NCBI GenBank assembly: GCA_963712275.1
Contig: CAVQHD010000001.1
Span: 1,408,001 to 1,472,000, forward strand
DNA: 64,000 nt
Reading direction: 5' to 3'
DNA from: an uncultured Rhabdochlamydiaceae bacterium
GTDB lineage: Bacteria > Chlamydiota > Chlamydiia > Chlamydiales > Rhabdochlamydiaceae
The position numbers and the translations under genes were made by a program. Positions 51,040 through 60,355 of the stretch are shown here, one piece after another (position 1 is the stretch's first letter; each line of letters begins with the position of its first letter). The notes beneath the pieces were generated by a model. It had not been told where the DNA came from and ran no database searches. It saw nothing but the letters and a program-made list of their open reading frames with translations.

Positions 51040-51205
51040 AAGGATTTTTTTATGTCGAACTATTCCCATCGCCACATCGAAGAAAAATGGCAGCGCTCTG
51101 TGGTGAAAAAATGTAAATAAGCCTTCCTCAACAAAGGTTTTAAACAAAGGATTTTTTTTATGTCGAACTATTCCCATCGCCACATCGAAGAAAAATGGCA
51201 GCGCT
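50989..51205. repeat. 107/108-bp tandem duplication of the family C right end plus the leuS 5' end
   Basis: atgtcgaactattcccatcgccacatcgaagaaaaatggcagcgct at 51052 and 51160. Confidence 0.9.
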
Positions 51206-53688
51206 TCTGGGAAGAAAATGATCTTTTTCATACAGAAGTCGATCTGACAAGGCCAAAGTTCTATATTCTAGACATGTTTCCCTACCCTTCCGGTGCAGGA
51301 CTTCATGTGGGACATGTGACGGGGTATACAGCCACTGACATTATTGCCAGGTATATGAGAACCAAGGGGTATAATGTTCTACATCCCATGGGGTGGGATA
51401 GCTTTGGCCTTCCGGCAGAGCAGTACGCCATTCGGACAGGAACCCACCCTGCAGCGACAACGGAGCAAAATATCAATACATATCGCAGACAGCTCAAATC
51501 CCTCGGGTTTAGCTATGACTGGGATCGGGAAGTTGCCACAAGCGATCCGGGTTACTATAAATGGACTCAATGGATTTTTACAAAGCTCTATGAAAAAGGG
51601 CTTGCCTATGAGGCAGAGATGCTTGTCAACTACTGCCCTGCACTTGGGACCGTGCTTGCAAATGAAGAGGTAGATAATGGGCATGCGAAAGAGGGAGGAT
51701 ATCCCATTGAGAGGCGCCCCCTTAAACAATGGATCTTAAAAATCACTGCTTACGCGGATCGACTTTTACAAGACTTGAAGCTCTTGGACTGGCCTGATTC
51801 TTTAAAACGACTTCAAGAGAATTGGATTGGCCGAAGCGAAGGAGCAAAAATTATCTTTCCCATTGAAGGGCGCGCAGAATCGATCTCGGTTTTCACAACG
51901 CGTCATGATACTCTCTTTGGGGTCACGTTTCTTGTCCTTGCCCCGGAGCATCCGCTCGTCTCAAAAATCACACCTTCTTCTCACCAGAAGGCGGTGGAAG
52001 CGTATCGAAAAGAGGCCGCCGGAAAATCGGATTTGCAAAGAACCGATCTTGCGAAAGATAAAACAGGTGTTTGGACGGGCGCCTATGCGATCAACCCGGT
52101 GAATAAAAAGAGAGTCCCTATTTGGATTGCAGACTACGTACTAGCAAGCTACGGGACAGGGGCTGTCATGGGGGTTCCAGGAAGCGATGAGCGGGATTTT
52201 ATCTTTGCGACTCAATTTCATCTGCCTATTCTTTTTGTGGTTCGCCCTAAAGATTCATCTGCCGGGCAAGATGTGTGTTGGACGGAAGATGGGACTCTTT
52301 GCCATAGCGGGTTTCTCGATGGCCTTTCTGTTGAAGAGGCAAAGGAAAAGATTTCTCTGTGGCTGGAGCGAGAAAAAGCGGGGGAGAGAACAGTCACCTA
52401 TAAGCTCAGAGACTGGCTTTTCTCCAGGCAACGGTATTGGGGCGAGCCGTTTCCTATTCTCCACTTTGCCGATGGAACTCGGCGGGTTCTTGATTTAGAT
52501 GAACTTCCTCTTGTCCCTCCTCAGCTAACGGACTATAAACCATCGGGAGAAGGGCAAAGTCCTATTGCTAAAGTTAAAGAATGGGTTGAGGTGCTAGATC
52601 CTAAAACAGGCCGAGCAGCATGCCGAGAGACCCAGACAATGCCTCAGTGGGCGGGGTCGTGCTGGTATTACCTTCGCTTTTGCGATCCCCATAATCAAGA
52701 AGCAGCTTGGAGCCCTAGTAAAGAAAAATACTGGATGCCGGTTGATCTCTACGTCGGAGGGGTGGAACACGCTGTGCTCCATCTACTCTACGCACGGTTT
52801 TGGCATAAAGTGCTCTACGATTGCGGCTATGTCTCAACCCTAGAGCCTTTTCAGAAGCTTCGCAATCAGGGACTTTTAACGGCGCGCTCTTTTCGATTGC
52901 CGGCAGGCAGCTACATTCCTTCGAATGAAGTTTATGAAAAAGGAGAGGAGTTCTTTCAAATGGGAACAGAAGCTCCTCTCAAGAGTCAAATCGAAAAAAT
53001 GTCAAAATCAAAACTCAATGGGGTGACTCCTGACGAGATGATTGAAGAATTTGGAGCCGACGCTCTTCGCCTCTATGAAATGTTCATGGGCCCTTTTGAG
53101 CAAGAAAAGGTGTGGAATACCGATGCCGTGCAAGGATGCGCCAGATTCTTAAACCGTTTTTATAATCTCGTCACTTCTTCGAAAGTCACCTCTGAAAAAG
53201 AGGAGGTAGGGTTAAAACTTGCCCACCGTGTGGTCTTCTTCGTTGAAAAAGAGATTCAATCGATGTCGTTTAATACAGCCATTGCAAAAATGATGGAATT
53301 TATCAACGACTTCTCCTCCCTTCCACAGTATTCAAAAGAGGCGCTTAAAATGGTGACTCAAGCGCTTTATCCTTTCGCGCCGCACATTGCCGAAGAGGCA
53401 TGGCAGCTTTTAGGAGAGCAAGAGAGTTTAACGTACACTCCTTTTCCAGTGATTGACCCAACCTATTTGATCGATGAGACAATCCTTTATATTGTTCAAG
53501 TCAATGGAAAGGTGCGCGGTAAATGGGAGCTTCCGAAAGACAAGCCCCAGGAAGAGATCTTATCCTTTATTCAAACACAGCCCCAAATTATGAAGCACCT
53601 TCAGGAAGCAGAAATTGAAAAAGTGATTTTCGTGCCTAATAGACTCATTAACCTTGTCGTTCAATCGCATGCTTCGCCTAATTTATAA
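51160..53688 (+). CDS. leuS: Leucyl-tRNA synthetase
   Basis: MFPYPSGAGLHVGH (HIGH-type), SRQRYWG, KMSKS. Confidence 0.98.
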   Translation: MSNYSHRHIEEKWQRFWEENDLFHTEVDLTRPKFYILDMFPYPSGAGLHVGHVTGYTATDIIARYMRTKGYNVLHPMGWDSFGLPAEQYAIRTGTHPAATTEQNINTYRRQLKSLGFSYDWDREVATSDPGYYKWTQWIFTKLYEKGLAYEAEMLVNYCPALGTVLANEEVDNGHAKEGGYPIERRPLKQWILKITAYADRLLQDLKLLDWPDSLKRLQENWIGRSEGAKIIFPIEGRAESISVFTTRHDTLFGVTFLVLAPEHPLVSKITPSSHQKAVEAYRKEAAGKSDLQRTDLAKDKTGVWTGAYAINPVNKKRVPIWIADYVLASYGTGAVMGVPGSDERDFIFATQFHLPILFVVRPKDSSAGQDVCWTEDGTLCHSGFLDGLSVEEAKEKISLWLEREKAGERTVTYKLRDWLFSRQRYWGEPFPILHFADGTRRVLDLDELPLVPPQLTDYKPSGEGQSPIAKVKEWVEVLDPKTGRAACRETQTMPQWAGSCWYYLRFCDPHNQEAAWSPSKEKYWMPVDLYVGGVEHAVLHLLYARFWHKVLYDCGYVSTLEPFQKLRNQGLLTARSFRLPAGSYIPSNEVYEKGEEFFQMGTEAPLKSQIEKMSKSKLNGVTPDEMIEEFGADALRLYEMFMGPFEQEKVWNTDAVQGCARFLNRFYNLVTSSKVTSEKEEVGLKLAHRVVFFVEKEIQSMSFNTAIAKMMEFINDFSSLPQYSKEALKMVTQALYPFAPHIAEEAWQLLGEQESLTYTPFPVIDPTYLIDETILYIVQVNGKVRGKWELPKDKPQEEILSFIQTQPQIMKHLQEAEIEKVIFVPNRLINLVVQSHASPNL

Positions 53689-54940
53689 CGGGGTGCTCTT
53701 CCTCTTTGTTCTCCTCTGCCTTCCTAAATGGATTTGGGAAGCCTGCTTTCATCGAAAACACCGTCGCTCATTTCTTGAAAAACTAGGGATTAAAATTCCT
53801 TCATTTCCCTCTTCCTTATCAAGGCCTCGGATTTGGATTCACTCGATTTCCGTTGGAGAAACAAAAGCAATAGCGCCTCTTTTTGCGCTCATCAAAGAAA
53901 AGATGCCAAAGGCTTCCCTTATCGTCTCAACTGTTTCTGAAACAGGGCAGGAGGAGGCTAAGCGAAGCCTGGCAGGAGCAGACCACTATTTCTACCTTCC
54001 CCTTGATTTTTCCTGGACTATTCGCCGCCTGATTAAAAAGATCGACCCTGATCTTTTGATTCTGGTCGAAGGGGATTTTTGGTTTAACTTGATTTGGGAG
54101 GCCCCTTGCATTGCCCTTGTCAATGGTAAGATTTCAGAGAGATCCCTCTCTCGTTTTCAGAGAGTCCCTTTTTTTGCAAAACCTCTCTTTCAGAAGATCG
54201 ACCTGCTCTGCGTCCAAAGCGAGTGTTTTGTCTCTCGCTTTAAAGAATTGGGGGCTCTCCCAAGTCGTATTGTCGTGACTGGCAATTTGAAGCTTGATCA
54301 ACGATTCCCAGCAATCGACAAAGAGAAGTGGAGGCAAGAGCTTCAAATTAAGCCCCAAGACCTAGTCATCACCATCGGCTCCACTCACGCGCCTGAAGAA
54401 GAAGAGCTTTTAGAAGCCCTTAAACCCCTTTTTACACAGTTGCCGACCCTAAAAATTTTACTCGTTCCTCGGCATCCGGAGCGGTTTTCCTCTGTTGCCA
54501 CTCTTTTACATCAAAAAGGGATTGACTTTAGCCGTTTTTCAGAGCACCCGCAAGAGAGCAAGCAAGTGATGCTCATCGATGCCATGGGGGTTTTAACTTC
54601 ATGCTACCAGCTCTCTCATTTAGCTATCGTGGGAGGGAGTTTCGTCTCGCATGTGGGAGGGCATAATGTCTTTGAGCCTGCAGCAGTAGGAGTTCCGGTT
54701 CTTTTCGGTCCTTTCATGGAGGCTCAAAAAGATCTCGTCCAACTCACAACCCAAGCAGGGGCTGGCAAGCAAGTCGACCTTGCCCATCTAGCCTCTTTTG
54801 TCAGTGAACTCCTTGCAGATCCTTTGCCTCGTGCATGGCACACGATGCACGAAGCGGGGCTTCGCCTTGCGAGTGAAGCGTGTGGCTCGACAGGCAGAAC
54901 ATGGCAAGCCCTTGAAAGGTTAGGTCCCTTAAACAAATAG
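53669..54940 (+). CDS. waaA: Kdo transferase
   Basis: IWIHSISVGE, TGNLK, VPRHPERF, VGGSF..GGHNVFEP; adjacent to leuS as in Chlamydia. Confidence 0.93.
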   Translation: MLRLIYNGVLFLFVLLCLPKWIWEACFHRKHRRSFLEKLGIKIPSFPSSLSRPRIWIHSISVGETKAIAPLFALIKEKMPKASLIVSTVSETGQEEAKRSLAGADHYFYLPLDFSWTIRRLIKKIDPDLLILVEGDFWFNLIWEAPCIALVNGKISERSLSRFQRVPFFAKPLFQKIDLLCVQSECFVSRFKELGALPSRIVVTGNLKLDQRFPAIDKEKWRQELQIKPQDLVITIGSTHAPEEEELLEALKPLFTQLPTLKILLVPRHPERFSSVATLLHQKGIDFSRFSEHPQESKQVMLIDAMGVLTSCYQLSHLAIVGGSFVSHVGGHNVFEPAAVGVPVLFGPFMEAQKDLVQLTTQAGAGKQVDLAHLASFVSELLADPLPRAWHTMHEAGLRLASEACGSTGRTWQALERLGPLNK

Positions 54941-54957
54941 CTTCTTAAGACAGCTTC

Positions 54958-57063
54958 TTACGGAGTGCAATCACAGCTACCTGCTGGTACAAAGATAACA
55001 GTTCCTACCGTTGGAGCAAATGTGCCCACATTTCCTTCTGCGGGAGCAAGCTGAATTATTCCTGCACTACCAGAGGGGGCAACCTCATAACCCACTGGAA
55101 CAAGGCTTGTATTATCGATGAGATTTAAACAAAGTGTCCCGCCCGCATTCGTCACAGCTCTAATTCCTGAAAATCCTCCTAGCACATTGGTGACAACGTT
55201 ATTTTTCACCGTTACCTGTGTCGGCGGACTAATAGCCCCCTGGCCGATGATTCCAATTCCTACACCTCCTGTCACATTGCTGATTTGATTACCTTCGATC
55301 ATTAAGCACGCATTGTCTGTGGCAGTCAATATTCCTCGTGTACTTGAATCAAGAGAATCGATCGTGTTGAAACTAACGTTAGCTTGACTGAAACCCGGTG
55401 GTCCAGCACTTGTTCCCAAGAAAATACCATCGCCTGTTCCTCCATTAATACGAATCATATTTCTCATAATATCAAGATTGTAAGAACCGCCGTTATTTGC
55501 ATTTATCGCAATGCCAGTCTGATAAGGCCCTGAGATGATATTATAAGAGATCGTCCCTGTGATGAATGCTCCAGGCGCTGTAACAATTCTAATGGCTTCA
55601 AAAGTGACAGGAGCTGTCGTTGAGATCTGGTTATTAGTCACTATCAATAGTCCATTGCCTATGATTGTAATCGATCCAAAACTATCAAAATTGTCAAATC
55701 CTCCAAGGATATTATCGTGAATATAAGCTCCGTTAATTACATTGCCTAGGATGTCTTCATCTGTCGTCATGCTTCCAAGGATTTGAAGTCCTGACACTTC
55801 ATTTCCACTGGCAAGAGAAACGACGGCGTTTGCAGAAGCTGTGATTGCAGGAAAACTTGGGCTCATCTGCGGAATGACGACATCCCCTAGAGTCGTTTGT
55901 AATGTCTGCGCAATGCCTGCTCCAAAGAGTTTCTGATTGTCTTGGAGCACAATGCCATTAGACATCCCTGTGGAGGTGCCATCTCCTGAGAAGATGTAGA
56001 TTACATCTCCTGGAGATGAGGCAGTTTCCGCATCGCTAAGGGTCGAGAAAGGGCTCTCAAAGGTTCCAAGCGAGTGGCTGGTGTTGTCAACAAACCAGAA
56101 GGTATATGGATTACCGGTGAGAGGGTTTATAGCGAGCTGGTGCGATTTGTGTTTTTTGATCATCGGGATCTCAAACCGGTAAGGAGATTGGACGGCTCTT
56201 GTCTGCAGAAGGTCCTGGTTGGGCTTAGGCAAGCAGGGTCCTTTCCTTGAGAGCTTTGCTCCAAATGGGACTCGGAGGGCGATACTTCCTTGCACGGTTC
56301 CTTTAAAGATTGAGTCGTAGCTTCCAGACAGTTCGAGTGTGATGTATTGTTTGTAGCTCCCTGTCAAGCGGGCTTTCCCTCCCCAGGCAGAGTCGTCTGA
56401 TCCCCATAGATAATAAGGGCTTATGCCTCCAAACAGATCGTAGTCAGTGGTGCTTTGCACGAAATGAACCCCAACCTCTCCGTCGATAGCAGAAAGAGCG
56501 CGCTTCTGCGTCCGCTCAACGAACATCGAGTAGCCCTTAAATTCATGAAACTTGAGTCCATAGTAGCGGCTTGTCTTCTTGCCTACGGGAAAATATCCGT
56601 TGAGGCGGTACTCCATCCGCTTTCCGACGAGCTCAAGCCCAGGACCGATCTGGTTGATGGTGAGCCGATTCTCACTTCGCACATCATAATAAAGATAGGC
56701 CCCTAAATAGTGGTTTATCTGGGAGAGAAGTGAGCGTGATCCAATCCCGATATTGCCTGCAAACTTGCCGTTGTTAAAGACATGACCTCTTAGGTCGATA
56801 AAAGGAAGGAAGTCGTTCCCAAAATACTTAGAGAGGAAAAACGCTTCTACCGTCGTATACCCCTGTTTATAGCCGACTCCTTGTGCTTCATTGTGCCGAA
56901 TGCCGATCTGATTATCATAGTAAGGTGAGATACATATATCTGGAGCAGACGGCTCTTGAGTGCGCGGATATTGCAGAGAGGCAAGACCCCCATAACAAGA
57001 TGAGATCATCACAATTGACGTGAGGACCCAGGTAGAAAATATTAAACGCGATCTTGCCATCAT
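54958..57063 (-). CDS. Inverse-autotransporter (invasin/intimin-type beta domain) protein with a beta-helix-like passenger
   Basis: Signal peptide; GNIGIGSR, YYD, LNGYFPV barrel motifs; FVDN..GTFESPFSTL..A followed by N/G/I/T-rich repeats. Confidence 0.75.
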   Translation of the reverse strand: MMARSRLIFSTWVLTSIVMISSCYGGLASLQYPRTQEPSAPDICISPYYDNQIGIRHNEAQGVGYKQGYTTVEAFFLSKYFGNDFLPFIDLRGHVFNNGKFAGNIGIGSRSLLSQINHYLGAYLYYDVRSENRLTINQIGPGLELVGKRMEYRLNGYFPVGKKTSRYYGLKFHEFKGYSMFVERTQKRALSAIDGEVGVHFVQSTTDYDLFGGISPYYLWGSDDSAWGGKARLTGSYKQYITLELSGSYDSIFKGTVQGSIALRVPFGAKLSRKGPCLPKPNQDLLQTRAVQSPYRFEIPMIKKHKSHQLAINPLTGNPYTFWFVDNTSHSLGTFESPFSTLSDAETASSPGDVIYIFSGDGTSTGMSNGIVLQDNQKLFGAGIAQTLQTTLGDVVIPQMSPSFPAITASANAVVSLASGNEVSGLQILGSMTTDEDILGNVINGAYIHDNILGGFDNFDSFGSITIIGNGLLIVTNNQISTTAPVTFEAIRIVTAPGAFITGTISYNIISGPYQTGIAINANNGGSYNLDIMRNMIRINGGTGDGIFLGTSAGPPGFSQANVSFNTIDSLDSSTRGILTATDNACLMIEGNQISNVTGGVGIGIIGQGAISPPTQVTVKNNVVTNVLGGFSGIRAVTNAGGTLCLNLIDNTSLVPVGYEVAPSGSAGIIQLAPAEGNVGTFAPTVGTVIFVPAGSCDCTP

Positions 57064-57217
57064 AAAATACCTGTCTTAAGCTTTTACCATACAAATAGCA
57101 GTTCATAATTTTTTTTAAACTGTTTATTTTTTCTTCTTTTCAGCTCGCTGAACGTTCTCAAAAAATTATTGAGCTCGCATTAAATCAATTCCTTTCTTAT
57201 AATCACAACCACTTTAT

Positions 57218-57290
57218 CGCGGGGTGGAGCAGTGGTTAGCTCGTTGGGCTCATAACCCAAAGGCCGGAGGTTCGAATCCTTCCCCCGCTA
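57218..57290 (+). tRNA. Initiator tRNA-fMet(CAT)
   Basis: Unpaired C1, GGG/CCC in the anticodon stem (TTGGG-CTCATAA-CCCAA), GGTTCGAATCC. Confidence 0.93.
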
Positions 57291-57314
57291 TTTTCTATTT
57301 CTAGAGGTGTCGAC

Positions 57315-57388
57315 GGCGGTATAGCTCAGTTGGTTAGAGCAGAGGAATCATAATCCTTGTGTCGTTGGTTCGAATCCGACTACCGCTA
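57315..57388 (+). tRNA. tRNA(CAT), probably elongator Met (Ile2 not excluded)
   Basis: GGCGGTA/TACCGCT acceptor, GAGGA-ATCATAA-TCCTT anticodon arm. Confidence 0.9.
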
Positions 57389-57497
57389 TTGCAAAGAATT
57401 TTATGACTCTATCACGTAAGGCTCAACCCTTTGGCAGAAGATTTTATCAAATAGGGGAAAGGAAGCTTTTCCTATTTTTGAAAAATACTCAAAGAAA

Positions 57498-57917
57498 TTG
57501 ATTTCTCAATCGGATTCTTTTGAGAAGAAGTTCTCTTATTTCTTAGATGTTATTGAGCATTGCCCTGCAACTTATGTGGCAAGTTTCTGGAAAATGCTTA
57601 GTGTCCCTGTCACTGAGCTATCGGACGAGCAACAATTTAAGTGTTGGATTCGGCTTAACAGTACTGAAACAGCACAGGCTCTTAAAAAGGAGGGCTTTGA
57701 TCCAACTGTGCGTGGTAAAGATGGCCAGCCGCCTCTTCTTCATCTCTTGAATCCCGAGAAAAACCATAATCCGCTCCAATATGAACACGTGAAGGCTCTC
57801 TTGGATGTAGGTGCTTTTAAGAATAATATAAATAATGTTAAGCATCTAAGTATGGCCTTTGTTCGATCTCCTGATAGGCGAGCGATAAAGGCTTTGCTCG
57901 AAACGCATTTTCAATAG
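57498..57917 (+). CDS. Short ankyrin-like hypothetical protein or remnant
   Basis: GFDPTVRGKDGQPPLLHL and VKALLDVGA resemble ankyrin repeats; TTG start. Confidence 0.4.
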   Translation: MISQSDSFEKKFSYFLDVIEHCPATYVASFWKMLSVPVTELSDEQQFKCWIRLNSTETAQALKKEGFDPTVRGKDGQPPLLHLLNPEKNHNPLQYEHVKALLDVGAFKNNINNVKHLSMAFVRSPDRRAIKALLETHFQ

Positions 57918-57950
57918 AGCCAGTTGCAAAACTCCGATTTGGCTTCCAAA
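57917..57950 (+). repeat. Family A left-end remnant
   Basis: GAGCCAGTTGCAAAACTCCGATTTGGCTTCCAAA. Confidence 0.7.
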
Positions 57951-58192
57951 AACAGTCTTCTGACTTGCCTACAGTTAATCCCCAGAATATTAGCCACTTG
58001 TATTTAGGTTAGAGATTTTTTCCTTAGGCTTGGAAAACACATCTATCTTTCCTAACTCGTTGATATTCATAGATATAGCCCTATCCATATTTACACCTCT
58101 TTAATAATAAGTCGTTTATTACCAGGGAGGATATTTCTATTTGATCGCAAAACGGACATTTCTAAAAAATGCTAACAAATTAAAAAATAAAA

Positions 58193-58221
58193 TTTACATT
58201 TTAATTAAAATACGTTATAAT
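58193..58221 (+). promoter_or_regulatory. Sigma66/70-type promoter of the Fic gene
   Basis: TTTACA-N17-TATAAT, with an AAGGA RBS before ATG 58254. Confidence 0.6.
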
Positions 58222-58253
58222 AACTATTATATTTAATAAATAAAAAGGAATTT

Positions 58254-59282
58254 ATGACTATTTCTTCATTATCATTCAAAGAATCAATTGATGGCGCAAA
58301 CAGCAACTGTATTAATAATGATTTTGATGCCAAAATTGAAAATGTTTCCATGGCTTCAATAGAAAATATGGGCGTAATTTCAACTCCCGAACAGGTTGAG
58401 GATCTAAAATCAAATCTCTTTCTTCAAAGGAGTCGAGCTAAATATGATAAAGCTTTAAAGAATTTGCCTGAAGAACAGAGACACTTTTTATTTCTTGATA
58501 GAAAAAAATGGAATACAGTGAACCCGCCCAAAGTGGATCCTTTTCTTTTCGATAAGGGGAGTGAACCGGGGTATCGCGATGGAATGCAAGGGGGATTAAA
58601 TTACATTCGAGATCATATTGGAAAAAAAATGAACGCGGAAGAATTATGTACACTTCACGATATTTGTGTAGACGGAGTGTCTGCGTATTCAGGATGTCTT
58701 AAAAAGGGATCGGGACCTCTTAAAAAGGGATATGCTCCTGGCTATCTCTATCAAACCGGCAAACTGCCCGCGAACGTTGTTGCTGAGTGTAAGGAAGAAA
58801 ATATTATTTTTGATCCTGAGAGACATGATTCACTTAAGTTTGAGTTTTTAGCTGTTTATCCCGGTGGGTGTATTATCAGCCGTTTTGGAGAGCTTGATGA
58901 ACTACCAATAGTGCATGATAAAATTAATCAGCTGTTTGATAAATATTATAAGAGTATTGAATCCGCACAATCAGACGATGCTAAATTAGCTGCTATTGCC
59001 AGATTATGTCGCGCTCTTCAAATGTTTCATGTATTTCCAGATGGCAATGGAAGAACGATCCTATTTGCTTTGCTTCCTAAACTCTTGATTGAAAATAATT
59101 TTCCCCCTGTTATTTTAGAAGATGTCGCTAATTTTGCTACTGGATATTATACAGTGTCTAGCATGGTAGAGCAGCTGAAGCAAGGTATGCAAAATTATCA
59201 CGCACTTACTCAGCACTTTGCTATACATCCCTGTGAAAAAGAGCCCCATGAAAGTCGAGAACGATTCTGCACACTCTCCTAA
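58254..59282 (+). CDS. Fic/Fido-domain protein, putative effector
   Basis: HVFPDGNGRT motif; LCTLHD upstream helix; AT-rich. Confidence 0.85.
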   Translation: MTISSLSFKESIDGANSNCINNDFDAKIENVSMASIENMGVISTPEQVEDLKSNLFLQRSRAKYDKALKNLPEEQRHFLFLDRKKWNTVNPPKVDPFLFDKGSEPGYRDGMQGGLNYIRDHIGKKMNAEELCTLHDICVDGVSAYSGCLKKGSGPLKKGYAPGYLYQTGKLPANVVAECKEENIIFDPERHDSLKFEFLAVYPGGCIISRFGELDELPIVHDKINQLFDKYYKSIESAQSDDAKLAAIARLCRALQMFHVFPDGNGRTILFALLPKLLIENNFPPVILEDVANFATGYYTVSSMVEQLKQGMQNYHALTQHFAIHPCEKEPHESRERFCTLS

Positions 59283-59294
59283 CCCAGGGTATTT

Positions 59295-59314
59295 GAGCCC
59301 GTTGCAAAACTCTC
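59295..59314 (+). repeat. Family A end remnant next to the cydB stop
   Basis: GAGCCCGTTGCAAAACTCTC. Confidence 0.6.
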
Positions 59315-60355
59315 TCAATAACTCATTGAGTTGAGCTTGACCTTGCCACGGAAGACACGATGAATGTAGGGGAAATAGAAGAATGAGAGAGGAACCCCGG
59401 TCAGTGAAACACCAACTAAGATCCACAGAGCAAGCTCAGAGACGGAGCTATTCATGAAAGAGAGGGAGGCTGCTGGATCAAGAGTCGACCGCGCGAGATA
59501 GGGGAAGGTTCCTATTAAGAAAAGAACGAGCAGGAAGAAGATGGAGAGGCAAGAACAGAAAAAGGCCTGGCTATCTTGTCGTTTGCGGATGGAATACGGG
59601 ATGGCTAAGATCGACCCAAAGCTACAGAGAGGAAAGGCAGCCAGCCAGGGGTAGGTGATGAAAGGGCGATGCATATGCGGCTGCGTTATCCATGTCATGG
59701 TGGTACCAATCACCCACATCACAAGAAAGCATGTGACAGTCCAATGAGTCCATCGTCTGATCTTATCATGAAAAGCTCCTTCTGTTTTCATCAAAACATA
59801 GAGAGATCCATGCATCATGAAGCAGGAGATGCTAAGTAAAACCACGACGAGGGTATAAGGCTTGAGAAGGGCCTCCAAGCCTCCTTCTATCACTCCTTGG
59901 GCGTTCAGGGGAACGCCTTGAATGAGGTTCCCCAGAAGGCTGCCTAAAATGACGGTCAGCACAAGGCTTGCAAAGAAAAAGCTGCCATCCCAAAGCGATC
60001 TCCAGGCTCGGCTCTCTTTTTTACTCCGAAATTCAATGGCTGCGGCACGGAGCATAAAGCCGAAAAGAAGAAGCATAAAAGGAGTATAGAGGTTTGGCAT
60101 AAGAATGGAAAAGGCCATTGGAAAGGCGGCAAAAAGGACTCCTCCGCCAATGACAATCCATGTCGAATTTCCATCCCAGACGGGCCCGATGGAGTTGATC
60201 ATCACGCGCCTCTCTTGATCGGTTTTTGTAAACAAATGGAGACAGCCAACTCCAAGGTCAAACCCATCCAATGTGGCGTAGGCAACGATGGATACCATCA
60301 AGACGATATACATTAAAAATTGGGCAAGCCAAAGAGTATCGAGCAGGTTATACAT
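59315..60355 (-). CDS. cydB: Cytochrome bd oxidase subunit II
   Basis: LDGFDLGVG, IGPVWDGN, LRAAAIEFRSK. Confidence 0.95.
   Translation of the reverse strand: MYNLLDTLWLAQFLMYIVLMVSIVAYATLDGFDLGVGCLHLFTKTDQERRVMINSIGPVWDGNSTWIVIGGGVLFAAFPMAFSILMPNLYTPFMLLLFGFMLRAAAIEFRSKKESRAWRSLWDGSFFFASLVLTVILGSLLGNLIQGVPLNAQGVIEGGLEALLKPYTLVVVLLSISCFMMHGSLYVLMKTEGAFHDKIRRWTHWTVTCFLVMWVIGTTMTWITQPHMHRPFITYPWLAAFPLCSFGSILAIPYSIRKRQDSQAFFCSCLSIFFLLVLFLIGTFPYLARSTLDPAASLSFMNSSVSELALWILVGVSLTGVPLSFFYFPYIHRVFRGKVKLNSMSY

Noticed and set aside
50905..51231. 108-aa minus-strand ORF with a repeated peptide (and ORF 62415..62648)
   Set aside because: Translations of family C hairpin and duplicated DNA, not credible genes.
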